Source of the DNA: Lingula anatina
Lineage: Eukaryota > Animalia > Brachiopoda
Reading direction: 5' to 3'
Length of the DNA: 64,000 bases
NCBI GenBank assembly: GCA_051362555.1
Contig: CM120644.1
Location: forward strand, 7,200,954-7,264,953
The notes beneath the pieces are model-generated. The model saw nothing but the letters and a program-made list of their open reading frames with translations, made no database searches and had not been told where the DNA came from. The translations under genes were made by a program, and so were the position numbers. This document shows positions 24,901 through 37,251 of this stretch, in pieces (the first letter of the stretch is position 1; every line of letters starts with the position of its first letter).

Positions 24901-27226
24901 TTAAAAAATTAACCTTCTTCTCTATCTAGTTGACCTAAGTTGAAAAACGGCACAGAACATATATCAAGTTATAATTCAGAGCCAGGCCTGTAGCTGGCAA
25001 TTTTTTGAGGAGGGTGGTGGTGGTGAAGGGCAGGTTCTCAAAGTATGGTCTTTTTATCATGAAACTTTATATACCTGATTCTTATTTTACCTAAACTGGG
25101 CCCTTTCCTTGCAAAAAGGATGGTTTGTTCACCCCCCACCCCCCAAGCTACAGCTTGAGAGCGGACTTTTTCCAACCAAAGAGTCAGTTCCTTAGACCCC
25201 CCCCCCCCCCCCACAAAAAAAAAAAAAAAAAAAATCTTAAATGAAGAATACTATGTACAACAATTAAGGTGCAGGGAGATATAGTCAAATTCCAGCAGAG
25301 TTCAATCTCTATTCATAATTTTGAACATTGTTGTAGTTAGTTTGTTTCCCCCCCTATATTTTGTTAATTCAGAAACATGATAATTAAATTAGTGAACTTA
25401 ATAAGAGACTGGTGTTAAGTACCTTGCAGGTTCTTTTTTTTTTTTGTATGATTGTCCATTTTGTTGCAAGATCAGGCTGCTGAAAGAAGTTTATTCTGTT
25501 CCAGGACTTGGCTGCAGAGAGATGCTCCATGCCTTACAGAGCCCCAGAACTGTTTAACATTCCCAGCTATTCCACTATTGATGAAAAGACAGATATATGG
25601 GTGAGAATCATGTTTTAGCAATGAAAGAAGAAATAAGGTTCATTGCAACTAATGCACCATAGGCCCCATTCAGAATGGATGTTCTGAGTACTTATCAAAA
25701 GCAATGCTGCCGATTCCCGTTTCCACCAAACCTTTAAATGGATTAAATTTCTGCTCCAAGGTTTTGATCTGTGGTCAGCCACATTTAATTGGCAGATCAG
25801 TAAGTACTCAAATCGTCAATTCTGAATGGGGCCACAGAGGCTGTGATAAAGTACATGAAATGAATCCCAGATTGCTACATGAATTCATGTCTTTTGACAA
25901 AAAAGTAAAAAGAAAAGCTACAAGAGAAATATATATGGGCTCTGTTTCAGTCCCTGGGCTGTGTATTCTATACACTACTGTATGCAAGCTCTGTTGTCTA
26001 TATTTCAGTCCTTGGGCTGTGTACTCTTTACAGTATTGTATGTGAGTTCTGTTGTCAATATTTCAGTCCCTGGGCTGTGTACTTTATACTGTACTGTATG
26101 TGAGCTCTGTTGTCAATATTTCAGTCCCTGGGCTGTGTACTCTATACTGTACTGTATGTGAGTTCTGTTGTGAATATTTAAGTCCCTGGGCTGTGTACTC
26201 TTTACAGTATTGTATGTGAGTTCTGTTGTCAATATTTCAGTCCCTGGGCTGTGTACTTTATACTGTACTGTATGTGAGCTCTGTTGTCAATATTTCAGTC
26301 CCTGGGCTGTGTAATCTATACTGTACTGTATGTGAGTTCTTTTGTGAATATTTCAGTCCCTGGGCTGTGTACTCTATACTGTACTGTATGTGAGTTCTTT
26401 TGTGAATATTTCAGTCCTTGGGCTGTGTACTCTATACTGTACTGTATGTGAGTTCTTTTGTGAATATTTCAGTCCCTGGGCTGTGTACTCTATGCCTTGG
26501 CATACCTGAAGTCTCCATTTGATGATGTGTACCAGAGAGGGGACAGTATTGCACTGGCCGTGGGCTCTGGCAATATCAGGTTTCCACAAGATGAAACGTG
26601 AGTTAAAGTAGTAATAACCGTGCAACAAATCATTATATGTGAAGTAGTGCACTGTCGGATCTTACATGATGTCACACCCAGCACACTGTCCCACCTATCA
26701 CAATGTCACAGCCATCTCACAGTCACACCTATCACATTTTCACAATTATTGCAATGTCACACCCAGTTCAATGTCACACCTATCACACTGTCACACCTAT
26801 CAGACTGTCACACCTATCGCACTTTCAAATTAATTACAATGTTACACCCAGCACACTGTCACACCTATCACAATGTCACACCCAACACACTGTCACACCT
26901 ATTACAGATATCACATTATCACATCTATCATAATGTCACACCTAGCACAATGTCATACTTATCACACTTTCACACTTATTACAATGTCACACCCAGCACA
27001 GTGTCACACCTATCACAGCTATTACACTGTGATACCATATAAAATGCCACATCTTGCATACTCACACCAGACACCTGACTCTGCCCTTGAATGTTTCAGA
27101 TATTCCCAGGAACTGAGAGACCTGATACTATTCATGTTACAAGTAGAACACACAGAGAGACCAAACATTGAAACTGTTATAGCCAGGCTGGAGGCTCTGA
27201 GGAATGTGCTGGAGAATAGGATATGA
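21912..27226 (+). CDS. STK16: Serine/threonine kinase 16 (NAK family); exons 21912-22021, 22861-23098, 23550-23692, 24338-24458, 25505-25600, 26473-26597, 27100-27226
   Basis: MGCVC N-terminal acylation-type motif, LGEGGFS, ALKRIQCH, HR|DLKPGN, MDFGS, QDLAAERCSMPYRAPELF, TDIW|SLGC, GDSIALAV; consistent GT-AG phases. Confidence 0.95.
22553..22725. mobile_element. MITE with inverted arrays of a 15-bp repeat (GTCCGAAGGTTCATT)
   Basis: Direct repeats on the left are mirrored as AATGAACCTTCGGAC on the right; GGGG...CCCC ends. Confidence 0.7.
24481..24734. mobile_element. Palindromic MITE in STK16 intron 4
   Basis: Perfect internal inverted repeat TAGATGTCTGGCATGCCTACTGAAGCTGCTA / TAGCAGCTTCAGTAGGCATGCCAGACATCTA; termini related to the CCCATTCCCAGA family. 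Confidence 0.7.
24983..25157. mobile_element. MITE, CAGG..GTAGC family, 5-bp TSD (AGAGC)
   Basis: CAGGCCTGTAGCT...AGCTACAGCTTG, AGAGC on both flanks. Confidence 0.75.
25662..25833. mobile_element. Short MITE in STK16 intron 5
   Basis: TIR GGCCCCATTCAGAAT / ATTCTGAATGGGGCC. Confidence 0.7.
25945..26493 (+). repeat. 58-bp minisatellite made of the STK16 exon 6 splice acceptor plus exon start (10 acceptor copies)
   Basis: AG|TCC(C/T)TGGGCTGTGTA starts at 25951, 26009, 26067, 26125, 26183, 26241, 26299, 26357, 26415 and 26473. Confidence 0.95.
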
Positions 27227-27510
27227 GGCTTCAGGCTTACAGATGTGTACACCCAACACATTGTCACACCTAACACACTGTCACACTCAATACACTGGCA
27301 CACCTAACACACTGTCACATCTAACACACTGGTCAAACCTAACATAATTTCACACTCAACACACTGGCACACCTAACACACTGTCATATCTAACATATAG
27401 TCACAACCAGTCCAATATCACAACCAACATACTGTCACACCTAACACATTTACACATAACAATCTCACCTCTAACACACCACACCTAACCCAACATTACA
27501 CCAAACACAC
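26660..27510. repeat. Degenerate (ACACACTGTCACACCTA)-type minisatellite flanking STK16 exon 7; also present at about 23700-23970
   Basis: Recurrent TGTCACACC/ACACACTG units of about 18 bp; source of the spurious His/Thr-rich ORFs. Confidence 0.85.
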
Positions 27511-29236
27511 TGTTTCAACTATCAGCCTGACAAATCTATTATTGTTGTTGTGTTTTACTTACTGTTATTCTGAAGTTGTTGATAGTTGTTAAATCCAACA
27601 CGATCACCAGGAAAGAACATGTAAAGGTTACAGGTTTTAATGGAGTGCATGATTGGACTTATACACAGAGAGGTTTCGTGTAGATTGCCTGATTTGTGCA
27701 AAAGGTATTGTGGGTGATATATTTCAGTGGTCTTTCATTACATGTATTTGACGTGTGATTTGGGTAGGATTTTTAACTTATATGGGTGCTATCAGGGATA
27801 TGCCCTCCAAATGAACAATTCTTTTAATGAAAGTTATCGGACTTAATAAAATGCACAGAGCTTCAAAAATTATGTAGGCATGTTCTTGTTTGTCTTGACT
27901 GGCACAAATCTGCTTCCATGTAGTCCTTTAAGCATATGTGTGTAGTAAGCAAATTTTATTTGCTATAACCGATGCCAGCATATAGAAATTGCAACGCAAA
28001 GTTATTTGTTGTGTAATATGCAGGACAAGTAATGATTCAGTTGAAAGTGTACCAGACTAGAACTTGAATGCCAATAAATGAAAACATTTCTTTGCTTTTG
28101 TAAACCAATTTTCATCACTTTAGAGAGAATATGTATTAAAGTAGAAAAAAGTATCAGAAACAAAATATTATGATGTAAAGACATGTTTATTTATTCCAAA
28201 TATTCAAGCGAGCAACAAAATTTCCAGTTTAATTATGGGAAATGAAAGTCCCAAGAAATTGATATGTGAACATGTGTTTTACCTTTTTATCACACAAAAA
28301 TTACTCCTCCCTCCCTTCCTTTGTACAGCTTTCAATTTCAAAAATGTGGAAGCAAGTAAAAATATTAGAATGTTAGTAACGTAGACATACTTCTTGAAAG
28401 TACTTTTTCAATCCTCAAAAATATTATTTTACAGTGCTTTGAACATAAGCATGCAAGCAATTTTTTCAGAGGATTAATTTCTAAATTGGTTTTCTGTAAA
28501 ATGGTTCTCTTCTTTTACATTAATGACTTTAATTAAAAATTAAAGGGATAATAAGTCTTCGTTTTGGCCAAAAAATGAATTTTCTTGAAGTAAACAACAA
28601 TTTTCCCATACTTACCAATGGTTAATGAATCCATTTTTACGTTCAAAGTTAGTCCCTGTTTTTTTTCTAAAAAGTTTGTTTTGTTTTTTGTTATAATTAT
28701 AGATTATTACAGAGTATAGCCATCAATGGAGGTCACGCAGTCTAAAGACAAGCTCAGATATCAAAATAATAGCTATAACTGCTGTTTTTGTGGTAAAAAA
28801 AAGAATATATTATATTTCTGTGAGTTGTTCACAATGTTTTTATTGTGAAATATAGATCTCATACGAATAGTTATTATCCCTTTAAAGAAATACAAAGTGA
28901 ATTGTTTTAAAATCATGTCATAGTTTATGAAAGTTCAATACATAGTCAATAGAAATTGAAAAGTAAACATCGAAATTATGTAAATAGTTTTTCAACATTC
29001 GTAAGCGTGTAACATTCAATATACATGAAGCTTACACATATGGTTAAAAAGACCCCCTCCCCATTGTGTTCCCACAATTTGAATTAATTCCTTTCAGTAT
29101 CTTGATACAAGGTACCTGCAGTACTGCATTCTTCGTAAGCAAGATGCAAGATGCATGCACACAAAAGGAATTTCATAATTGTGAATGGGGCTATAATACT
29201 GTTTGGCAATAAAACAACTCCTCAAAATTTAACATC

Positions 29237-32200
29237 TTAAAAATGTTCTTTCACATATCCTTGGTTCACGTAGACATTCTCCGATGTCGGAACCTTGGAG
29301 TTCCCGTCCTCGTCTTGTGTTTCCAGTCTAATGGCAACTTGCTCAAGGGAATCATTCGTCTGCTGCAAGTCCTGGAGGACTTGGTCCAAGTTTGCAACTG
29401 CATCGGACCTGTCACCCCTAGCGAATTTAGCGCCCTTTTTGTGTTTGTCCACTTTCGCATACAGGTCTTTTGGCGGGGGACGATTTCCTCGACCATTCTG
29501 ACGGCTGGAATTCGTGGCGGATTCTTTGGGCACCTGCCCTGCTTTTCCGTCTTTGGTACTCTTTTGTTGTTGACCGGGGACGGTATCGGAGCTTCCAGAC
29601 GAAGTAGTACGTGGCTGAACGTGGTCGTGAGGGGCAAGCTCATCTTTCAAAAGGGGGCTTGGCGCATCATCGGTAGCTCCCGTCTTGGACCAATTGATCA
29701 AAGAACGTGGGACATCATATGTGTTGTGTGGCGGTTCTTTATTTCCCGCAGAACGAGGGGCGTCATCTTTGCCGCTAGTGAGTTTCTTTAGGGTAGCATC
29801 TGGTAGAAAATACGTGTATGTGTCGTTCTCCAATGTGTCTGCAAAGGAGTTACCATTTGTCAACATTTGTCTGTGTTGGTCTTGAGCCGTTGGTTCCTTG
29901 GTACCATTGGCAGTTTGCTTTGCCTTTGACATTTGATCTGGCCCGGCTTTGTCCACCCCGCGTGTTTGACCGCTGGTCACGCCCTTGTTAACGGTGGACA
30001 CTGGAGCCATATACAGGGGGTTCGCAACATCGGGCATCATTCCAGATTCCTGTGGTGTTGAAACATTGTCCACCTCTGTTGGTTCCCTTAACGTGTGATC
30101 TATATAAATACACAAATAAAAAGAATAAACACTTGCTGGTGTATCATAAATCATTTTATATTTAATTTCCTGTGACTCCACATGAAATGAAAACTTAAAT
30201 AAGTTTGATATAAGATAAATCGAGGGGAAACAAGAAGACAACTGATAAAAAGAGAAGCAATCCGAAATTCAAGTTGAAAAAGAAAATTAACAGACAGTGG
30301 GCAGTAAGACCACTGACGAAAACAGGTGATTTAAAGCAAAGACAAACATGAACAAACGGGAAGCGCAGGCTGCACAAGAACCATGAGAGAATTCATTAAT
30401 GAAACAAGTCATGAATGGATACAAGTATACCTGGAAACGTGTCACTCTGTATCTCACAGCCGTCGTATATATCGTTAGCGTGCATAAAAACTGGCTCCAT
30501 ATCTACGTCGTGCTTGTTGTTGTATTTGACGGCTGGTTCTGAACTGGGGTTGTCACTCTTGGATCTTTTTGCTCGGCGGCATCTAGTTTTAAAAAGATGT
30601 CCATTAATTAAGAGATCGTAAGATGAAATGTTATTGTTAGAGGAGAACATTTTTTTCAGCTCGGATAAAGGCATAAAATGCGCGTTGAACCTTAACATAC
30701 AATGAAATCGATTTTCCTGGAAATATTGAACCCCCCTACCCCCTATATCATCACCTCACACCATAACCTGTTATTTATATCTATACACGGTATGTAAGTT
30801 GTTACTTTTTCGGCAACTAGTTTATAAATGAAAAAGAATTTAAATGATGGTATTGTAAGATTTAGAAATTCAAAACTCGACAAGAGATTCTCAACGGTTT
30901 GGAGAGTATATGAGTAAAACTGAATAAAACAAGTCATAGGCCTACATGTACATGCGAAACGTCTCATCAAAGTGACTATTCCTTCCATTAAAATACATGT
31001 AGCAAAAAGTTCTTATAATATGTATATAGAACTTATACTGCATATAATGAATATTAACAGTGACTTACATTGTGTATTTCATACCATGAAAATATCTATA
31101 GTGACAATAAAATCTGGTGTTCATTTGATCTTTTCCCCGTTTATTCTACTTCAGTTTTTTTCTAAATTTTAGCCCTTACCTGTACCACATCACGACGGCT
31201 ATAACAATTCCGATCAAAACCAATAAACCAACTGATACTGCTACTGGCACCACGTAATCTGCAATAGTAATGGATTTGAAATTCATTAGTCATATAAAAT
31301 TGTAAAGTAATACATATGCTGTACAAACACCAGAAGACGCTACTCCAAATCGCTGAAATGCCTTAAAATAGCTTCATGGTGTTGGTAGCTGCGTGATATA
31401 TTTAGGTTTCTATCTCATTTTGTTCACAGAATAACATCCGCCCCTTAATTGTTGAATACTGAAGTCCCATTATAATCATTCTTCTCGGTGCGCGTTTTTA
31501 CATGTAGGCTCAACGGTACTTAAAGACTCGAACCTGAACTGTTTTCCTGGCGGTTTGCAAACGGCTCTGCGCTATGGCTTCCAAACCTCACCTTTGCCCC
31601 GTGGCCCACAAATACAAGGTATTTTTATATGATCAAATGTTTTGCCTCTTCACATTAAATTTACGGCGACTACCCACCTTTGGATCCCTCTGTGTGGATT
31701 TGCCGGTCTTTCGCGTTTTGAGGAGTGGGCAAATCGGTGGTGTGAGTAACTTGAGTCATAAATGACGTCAATACAGATTTTGAAGACATCACTGTGCGAG
31801 TAGGTTTTATAGACCTTTTTCATCTTTTCCGGAAATGGAAATTGCATTGTGGGTAGGGGAGCCCTGCTATGTCGAAACACTTACAGCGGTGCTAAAGACC
31901 ATGGCTGAGTTAACGTGCTTTTTGTCCCGCTGCTACAATAATAGTAAGCGATATCGACACATGAGGTTTAATAAGTTCCCAACAAACCCGTTAGAATGAA
32001 AAATATGGTATAAACAAAGGAAAATATAGCAGGTTTGGATCAAAAGCAGGGCACCGCGTTTGCGCTGAACATTTCGAAAGCGGGAAGAAAAACTATAATA
32101 TTAGGAGATCAACGTGCTTTAATAAAAAACAGAAATGCTTAGTTAATCAACGGATATAACGAACTATCGGCAAATAGAACTCGGGGGTAAACAATGCGAG

Positions 32201-34823
32201 AAAAAAAAAAACATTATAAAGATCTGAAGAAAAAATTGAAAAATAGGCCGGGGCCTAAAAATAAATAAAAAACTTCAAGCGTGAGATTATGGAAAAAGAA
32301 AGTAAAAGCTGTGAAGTTTTACACGGGGATTCTACTTACAAAAAATTCAAGACTTTTTGTGTAACAACAAAGAGAAAGTTTTGTATGTAATATCCTTTTT
32401 GTGTGTGATTTATTGATAAGTGATCATTTTAAATGTAGTAGGCTTATCACAGGTTTTAGTCTCTCATAACCCTTAGTAGGGTGGGTTCTATTTTTTTTTA
32501 ACGTGAGACGTTAATAAAATTTTTATTATAATGTATCCAGTCCCATATACGTTAATACTTATTTGTACAAACGGGGCTCATACTATCAAGATCAACAGAG
32601 ACACACGAAGAAGAAAGTACATCGGCTCTTGTTGAACGCGTTATCAGCAAAATAAATAGTTATTTATTTCTGAACTCAATGACAAGAGAATTGGAAAATT
32701 CAATGAGCATATATTTAAAAAAAAAAAAAATGCAGGAAAGCCTTTCTGTATGCTACACGTACATAATACATGTATGGTAAATACAAAATGGATAATAAAA
32801 ATAATCTAACAACGTATTTGTAAAGTAATACAAATATGCTTAGTATTAAAGTATGCCTACGTATATTTAACTGTCTTAGATAGTTGAAAAGTTTAAAATG
32901 TGTGGAAAACACTTTATTTGAATGATTTTATTGTCTTTGATTGAAAACGATGAAAATACGCACGAAAACATTAAAAAATCAAATAATTTGGCTTCTTGCA
33001 ATATTTCTGTTTTTGCCTGACGGTTTTGGTTCAGTTTGACAAAATTTTCTACTTGTCAGACCGAAAGTCCGACATTTTTTACCTGTCGTAAATTTTGTAC
33101 ATATACTAGAGTAAGACACGGTAAACTTTAATTATCTTCTGGGAAAGACTCAAGAATTCCTGTCTCACCTATTTAACACTTAAAATTAGAAGGTTTTAAT
33201 TACAGAGGAAAGGTCGTAGTTGTGGCCGCCCCCCTTACCGAACAATTGAACAAGTAACACCTGATGCCTTATCAGGTACCAAACGATTTAATCAGTTCAC
33301 CGACGAACGAGCTGCGTGTCAGTTTTACCTGTATACACAGTTGGTACGAGTCAAACAATTCATTTTATCACTTCAAAAATCTCTTAAGACATCCTTCAAA
33401 CAAGACATAAAAATCGTAAAGAATTGACACTGCCTTAAATGAGGTGATATCGCCACAGCTTGCATATATACATGCAATATTGTGAAGACGTAGGCCTACG
33501 CACCTGTCCACACTCTTGAAAGCTGTGAACGAGTCTACTGGCTATTTTGATTTTATATATAAAAAATAACGAGTCTCTTTCGCATATCTTTATTATCGGA
33601 AGCATTTAAAAGAACTCTGAAGCTTTAGTTTATCAACACTATTGAAAGTGCAGCCAAGGCTCGGACGCTTAGGTGAAGTCTAGTTGTACAGCGCATCGTA
33701 TTTAAACTGAGAAAGAAAACATTTAATTGCTTGATTCTCCGTCCAAATAGCTGTTTCTTGCCTACAGTTTAAGCATTTCTGTGCTTCAGCCACCTTTTCA
33801 GTTTGACAGAAAGCAGTGCACGCTTCATACGACCTTTTTACATGCGCACCTTGTACATAATCTACACCTAGCATTGCCATGCTGGAAACAGCAGAGGACC
33901 ACCATGACCCCTGTGGCGCGCGTTTCCTGTCATGCGCACTTCGTATTTCCGCAAAAGATGAAAAAGGTCTATAGCGTCATTGTTTTTTGTGGGTGACGTA
34001 GAAAGTGGTGATATATCAGATAGTGTGCTGCCACTTGTATCACTTGAAAAAGAAGTACCTGGTGATGGCTGCCCAACCGAAGTACTGTGTTCACTAAAGC
34101 TGGGGGACGACGTTACACTTTTGGGAGAGCCCCTCTTCCCTGTTGTAATGGCTCGACTAAACCCTGACAGTGTCGACATCTGGTGTTGGGACGAGGTAGA
34201 GCACCACGTTGTCGTGCCATAGTCTGGGAGAGAACAGATAATGAACAACTTTTTGCCGGAATCAAAGTTTTTTGTAAGTTTTCCTTGTGTCGTGTGTGTC
34301 TGCGTGGTGCCAAGGGCTCAGTTTCTATCTTTTCGTTTTGGCAATGCATGCATGTGTCAAATAGTCAGTTTATCTTTTTTAAACATGTGTACTGTTCTTA
34401 TTGCGGAATAATATCTAGCAGTTAATAATTCAAGTGCCTGAGAGAGAGAGAGAGAGAGAGAGCGAGAGCGAGCTCATTTTGTACAATAGTACATAAGTGC
34501 ATACATGTATCAACCCACCCGATTTAAGGAAACACCACGGCACGTTTTTGTTTTTGCATTCAGAAGTAGTGCAGGGATTCCAACAGCAGCCCTCATTTTC
34601 GCAGGTCATCTTTGTCAACTTGGCATGAACTTTGTTTATACAGTCCTCTTTGCCCGCATTCATAACCTGGCATCCAGTGTCATCTGTGAAAATGCATATA
34701 CCTTTTGTAGGATTATATAATTGGTTTAGAACTGAAAATTTACTGAAGAAAATATATTTCGGGTGGTATAATCTGTGGACTTGATCCCCCTGGAGTAGTA
34801 GATCGATTTCTTTTCCCCTTTGC

Positions 34824-34863
<40 letters not shown>

Positions 34864-35932
34864 ATTTTAGTAGTCTTGGTCAACAGTCGAAACGAACTGA
34901 AACGATACTACATTGTACAATTTGAGAATAATTACTGGTTATGTCAGACAAAATTTAAAGCCGTATGATATACAAAATAACCTAGTATCTTAGCTAGAGA
35001 CAACAAGTGTTAAACAGATCAACGCCCTCTCAGTTCCAAAGAGAGCGTGCCTCCATCTGAGGTTCCCCTTTCTTGGGAAAGCTCGGATTTTAACCGACAT
35101 ATGGGTTAACGCATGTCCATACACCGTACTAATACTACAATATATGGTAAAAAGATCTGTTGGTTTCACCTTTCTATTCCATGTTAAGTAATCAGGAGAA
35201 GAATAAAATGTATAAAGATGAGCTCAATTGTTGTTAAACGTTTGCCGTACTGGCGTTAGTTTGGATTACGTTGAGAGCTGTAATGCCTGTTTAATGATGC
35301 CCAGATGACAATGTTTTGACAGCCTTTCGACAAATTTCTTGGTACATTCTGTACTTGATATATCAGTTTTTCTTATCTAACTATCCACCTTTGACCGGTC
35401 AAAAATACGTAGTTTTGCGTGACTCGATCACTGGAAAACACTTACCTGTTGGCTCCAGATTGTGGAAGCAGAAATGATTACCGTTTGTTTCATTATAACA
35501 ACAACCGATCTCAACACAGCTTGTAGAGTTTTCATTTTTGCCGCATTCCTGTCTGGGCTCACCATTGTTACAGACATCTAAAATACAATTGATTGAGCAT
35601 AAAATAAAATTTAAATGATTCCTAAATGGAAAAAATAATTTTTATTTATTTTTTTTTTTTAATTGTCGCTGATGCAGTAAGTTTATTTGTTTAATAGAAC
35701 TACCGGTATTGTATTAATATGCATAACAATGACAAGTGTTGACTGCATATTGCACGCTTCCTTATATAGCATTCTTTCTTCGAAATAATATTACAAAGCC
35801 GAAACCATGAATTCAGATTCTGTTGGAATTCATGCAGCATGAATGCAAACCAGTATACTAACCCTGTCCGTGTAAGGTTGGTATCTTGAGGAGTATCAGC
35901 AGAAGGAAAATGCTGGCTGAAGATGACGCCAT
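29237..35932 (-). CDS. Type I membrane protein: signal peptide, two trefoil (P-type) domains, S/T-rich stalk (interrupted by a TIR element), TM helix, long Tyr-motif tail; exons 35932-35863, 35577-35446, 34683-34519, 34223-[insert]-31678, 31258-31180, 30582-30431, 30099-29237
   Basis: Signal MASSSASIFLLLILLKIPTLHGQ; trefoil patterns CNNGEPRQECG..SCVEIGCCY..FCF and CQV..EDC..TCENEGCCW..PWCF in phase 1-1 exons; TM VVPVAVSVGLLVLIGIVIAVVMWY; exon phases join consistently once the insert is removed. Confidence 0.82.
31811..33970. mobile_element. 2.16-kb non-autonomous TIR DNA transposon inserted in the stalk exon of the trefoil receptor
   Basis: TIRs AGACCTTTTTCATCTTTT(C)CGGAAAT / ATTTCCG(C)AAAAGATGAAAAAGGTCT, flanked by AT on both sides (equivalently TATA); removing it restores the reading frame. 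Confidence 0.88.
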
Positions 35933-36171
35933 GTTGGATTTCTGTGGTTCCCACACCTTTGAGGCCAGACGCACATGTTATCAACTCTTCTGCTCGTGAC
36001 TTTCACTCACAGACATCTTCCAAACATGTCAACGCTTTTGAATTCCAGAGGAGGAGTGGGGCATCTCACAACAGTAAGATTTTATAAATGGGCGAGCTGT
36101 CATATCTGGATAGTTTTTACACGTTTTAAACCAAATTATGGAATTTTTCACACGGTAGCTTTACATGATAA

Positions 36172-36204
<33 letters not shown>

Positions 36205-37251
36205 CACTGTTCTTACGCGTTCCTTAAAACAAATAGCAATATAAATCAAGGTATTTACTGAATTCGCTGAGATGGTCCCAAAAACGACCGAGATAGCGGT
36301 TGGACGTATCCGCATTATCCGCGGCTATCTGCTCCTAACCTTCACTTATTGTGATAGTGAAGCCGAGCAATATCTTAAAGTGCTAGATATATGGACTATG
36401 GATCTTAGATATAATCTGATAAGAAGGGAATGCTGCACTGCACTGATGATTTGGCTGAAATAGTGCTTATTTCATTTAAAGCTTTGACAGGGGACGCAAA
36501 TTTTCTAGACATTTTTGGGAGATACAGGTGCGTATTAAATTTCATTTTTAAATTATGTCATTTTATATGTACACTTTAAATTTTCTACATTATTTCACCT
36601 CCAACGACTACAAGTAAGTTTATTATTGTTTTTAAAATGCTAAATAATTGAAAAATAAGCCTGTTTAATGCTGATCTCCATACTGAGACTCAAGAGAAAG
36701 AGAAGACGCGTGTACTAAAATAATGCACTCCAAATAGCTTTATACAAAATTTGAAAGCTATACATTATTACATTTTCAAAAATGTTGTTACATATAAGAT
36801 ATAAAGCTTTACAAGCTCATGTAGTCTACACGTAAATCCCGAATCAAGTTCGCATCATTAAACCAAAAATCTCATCCGCTATATATATATACATGTACAC
36901 ATCTTAAGTTAGATACAGGATTTAATATAGTTTCGTTTTAAAGCCTGTACTTTCGGCAACGTTATTGATTGTCAGCCAAGGCAAGAGAGTAAATGGGACC
37001 AACTTCCACTTCCTTGATCATGTCGAGGTACAAGTTCACTGTTTTTTCGAGTGTGCAATGATATAGAATATCAATTAAATTCTACATGTAAAGATTAATC
37101 CCCTCATTATTCATTGTTGCCGACTCTTATGCTTATATCCAACACCAGATTAATGGCAAGGAGCAGAAAATTAAAGCTAATCAGAAAAACATGATTGAAA
37201 ATCGATAAGGGAAATAGAGGGGTTTACATTGGCCCATAGACTGCCGCTTTT

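Noticed and set aside
25945-26493. CRISPR-like array
   Set aside because: Units are contiguous and near-identical with no unique spacers, the context is a eukaryotic intron, and there are no cas genes.
26620-27042. His/Thr/Cys-rich ORFs (140, 76 and most of the 117 aa ORF)
   Set aside because: Translations of an intronic minisatellite; only 27100-27226 is STK16 coding.
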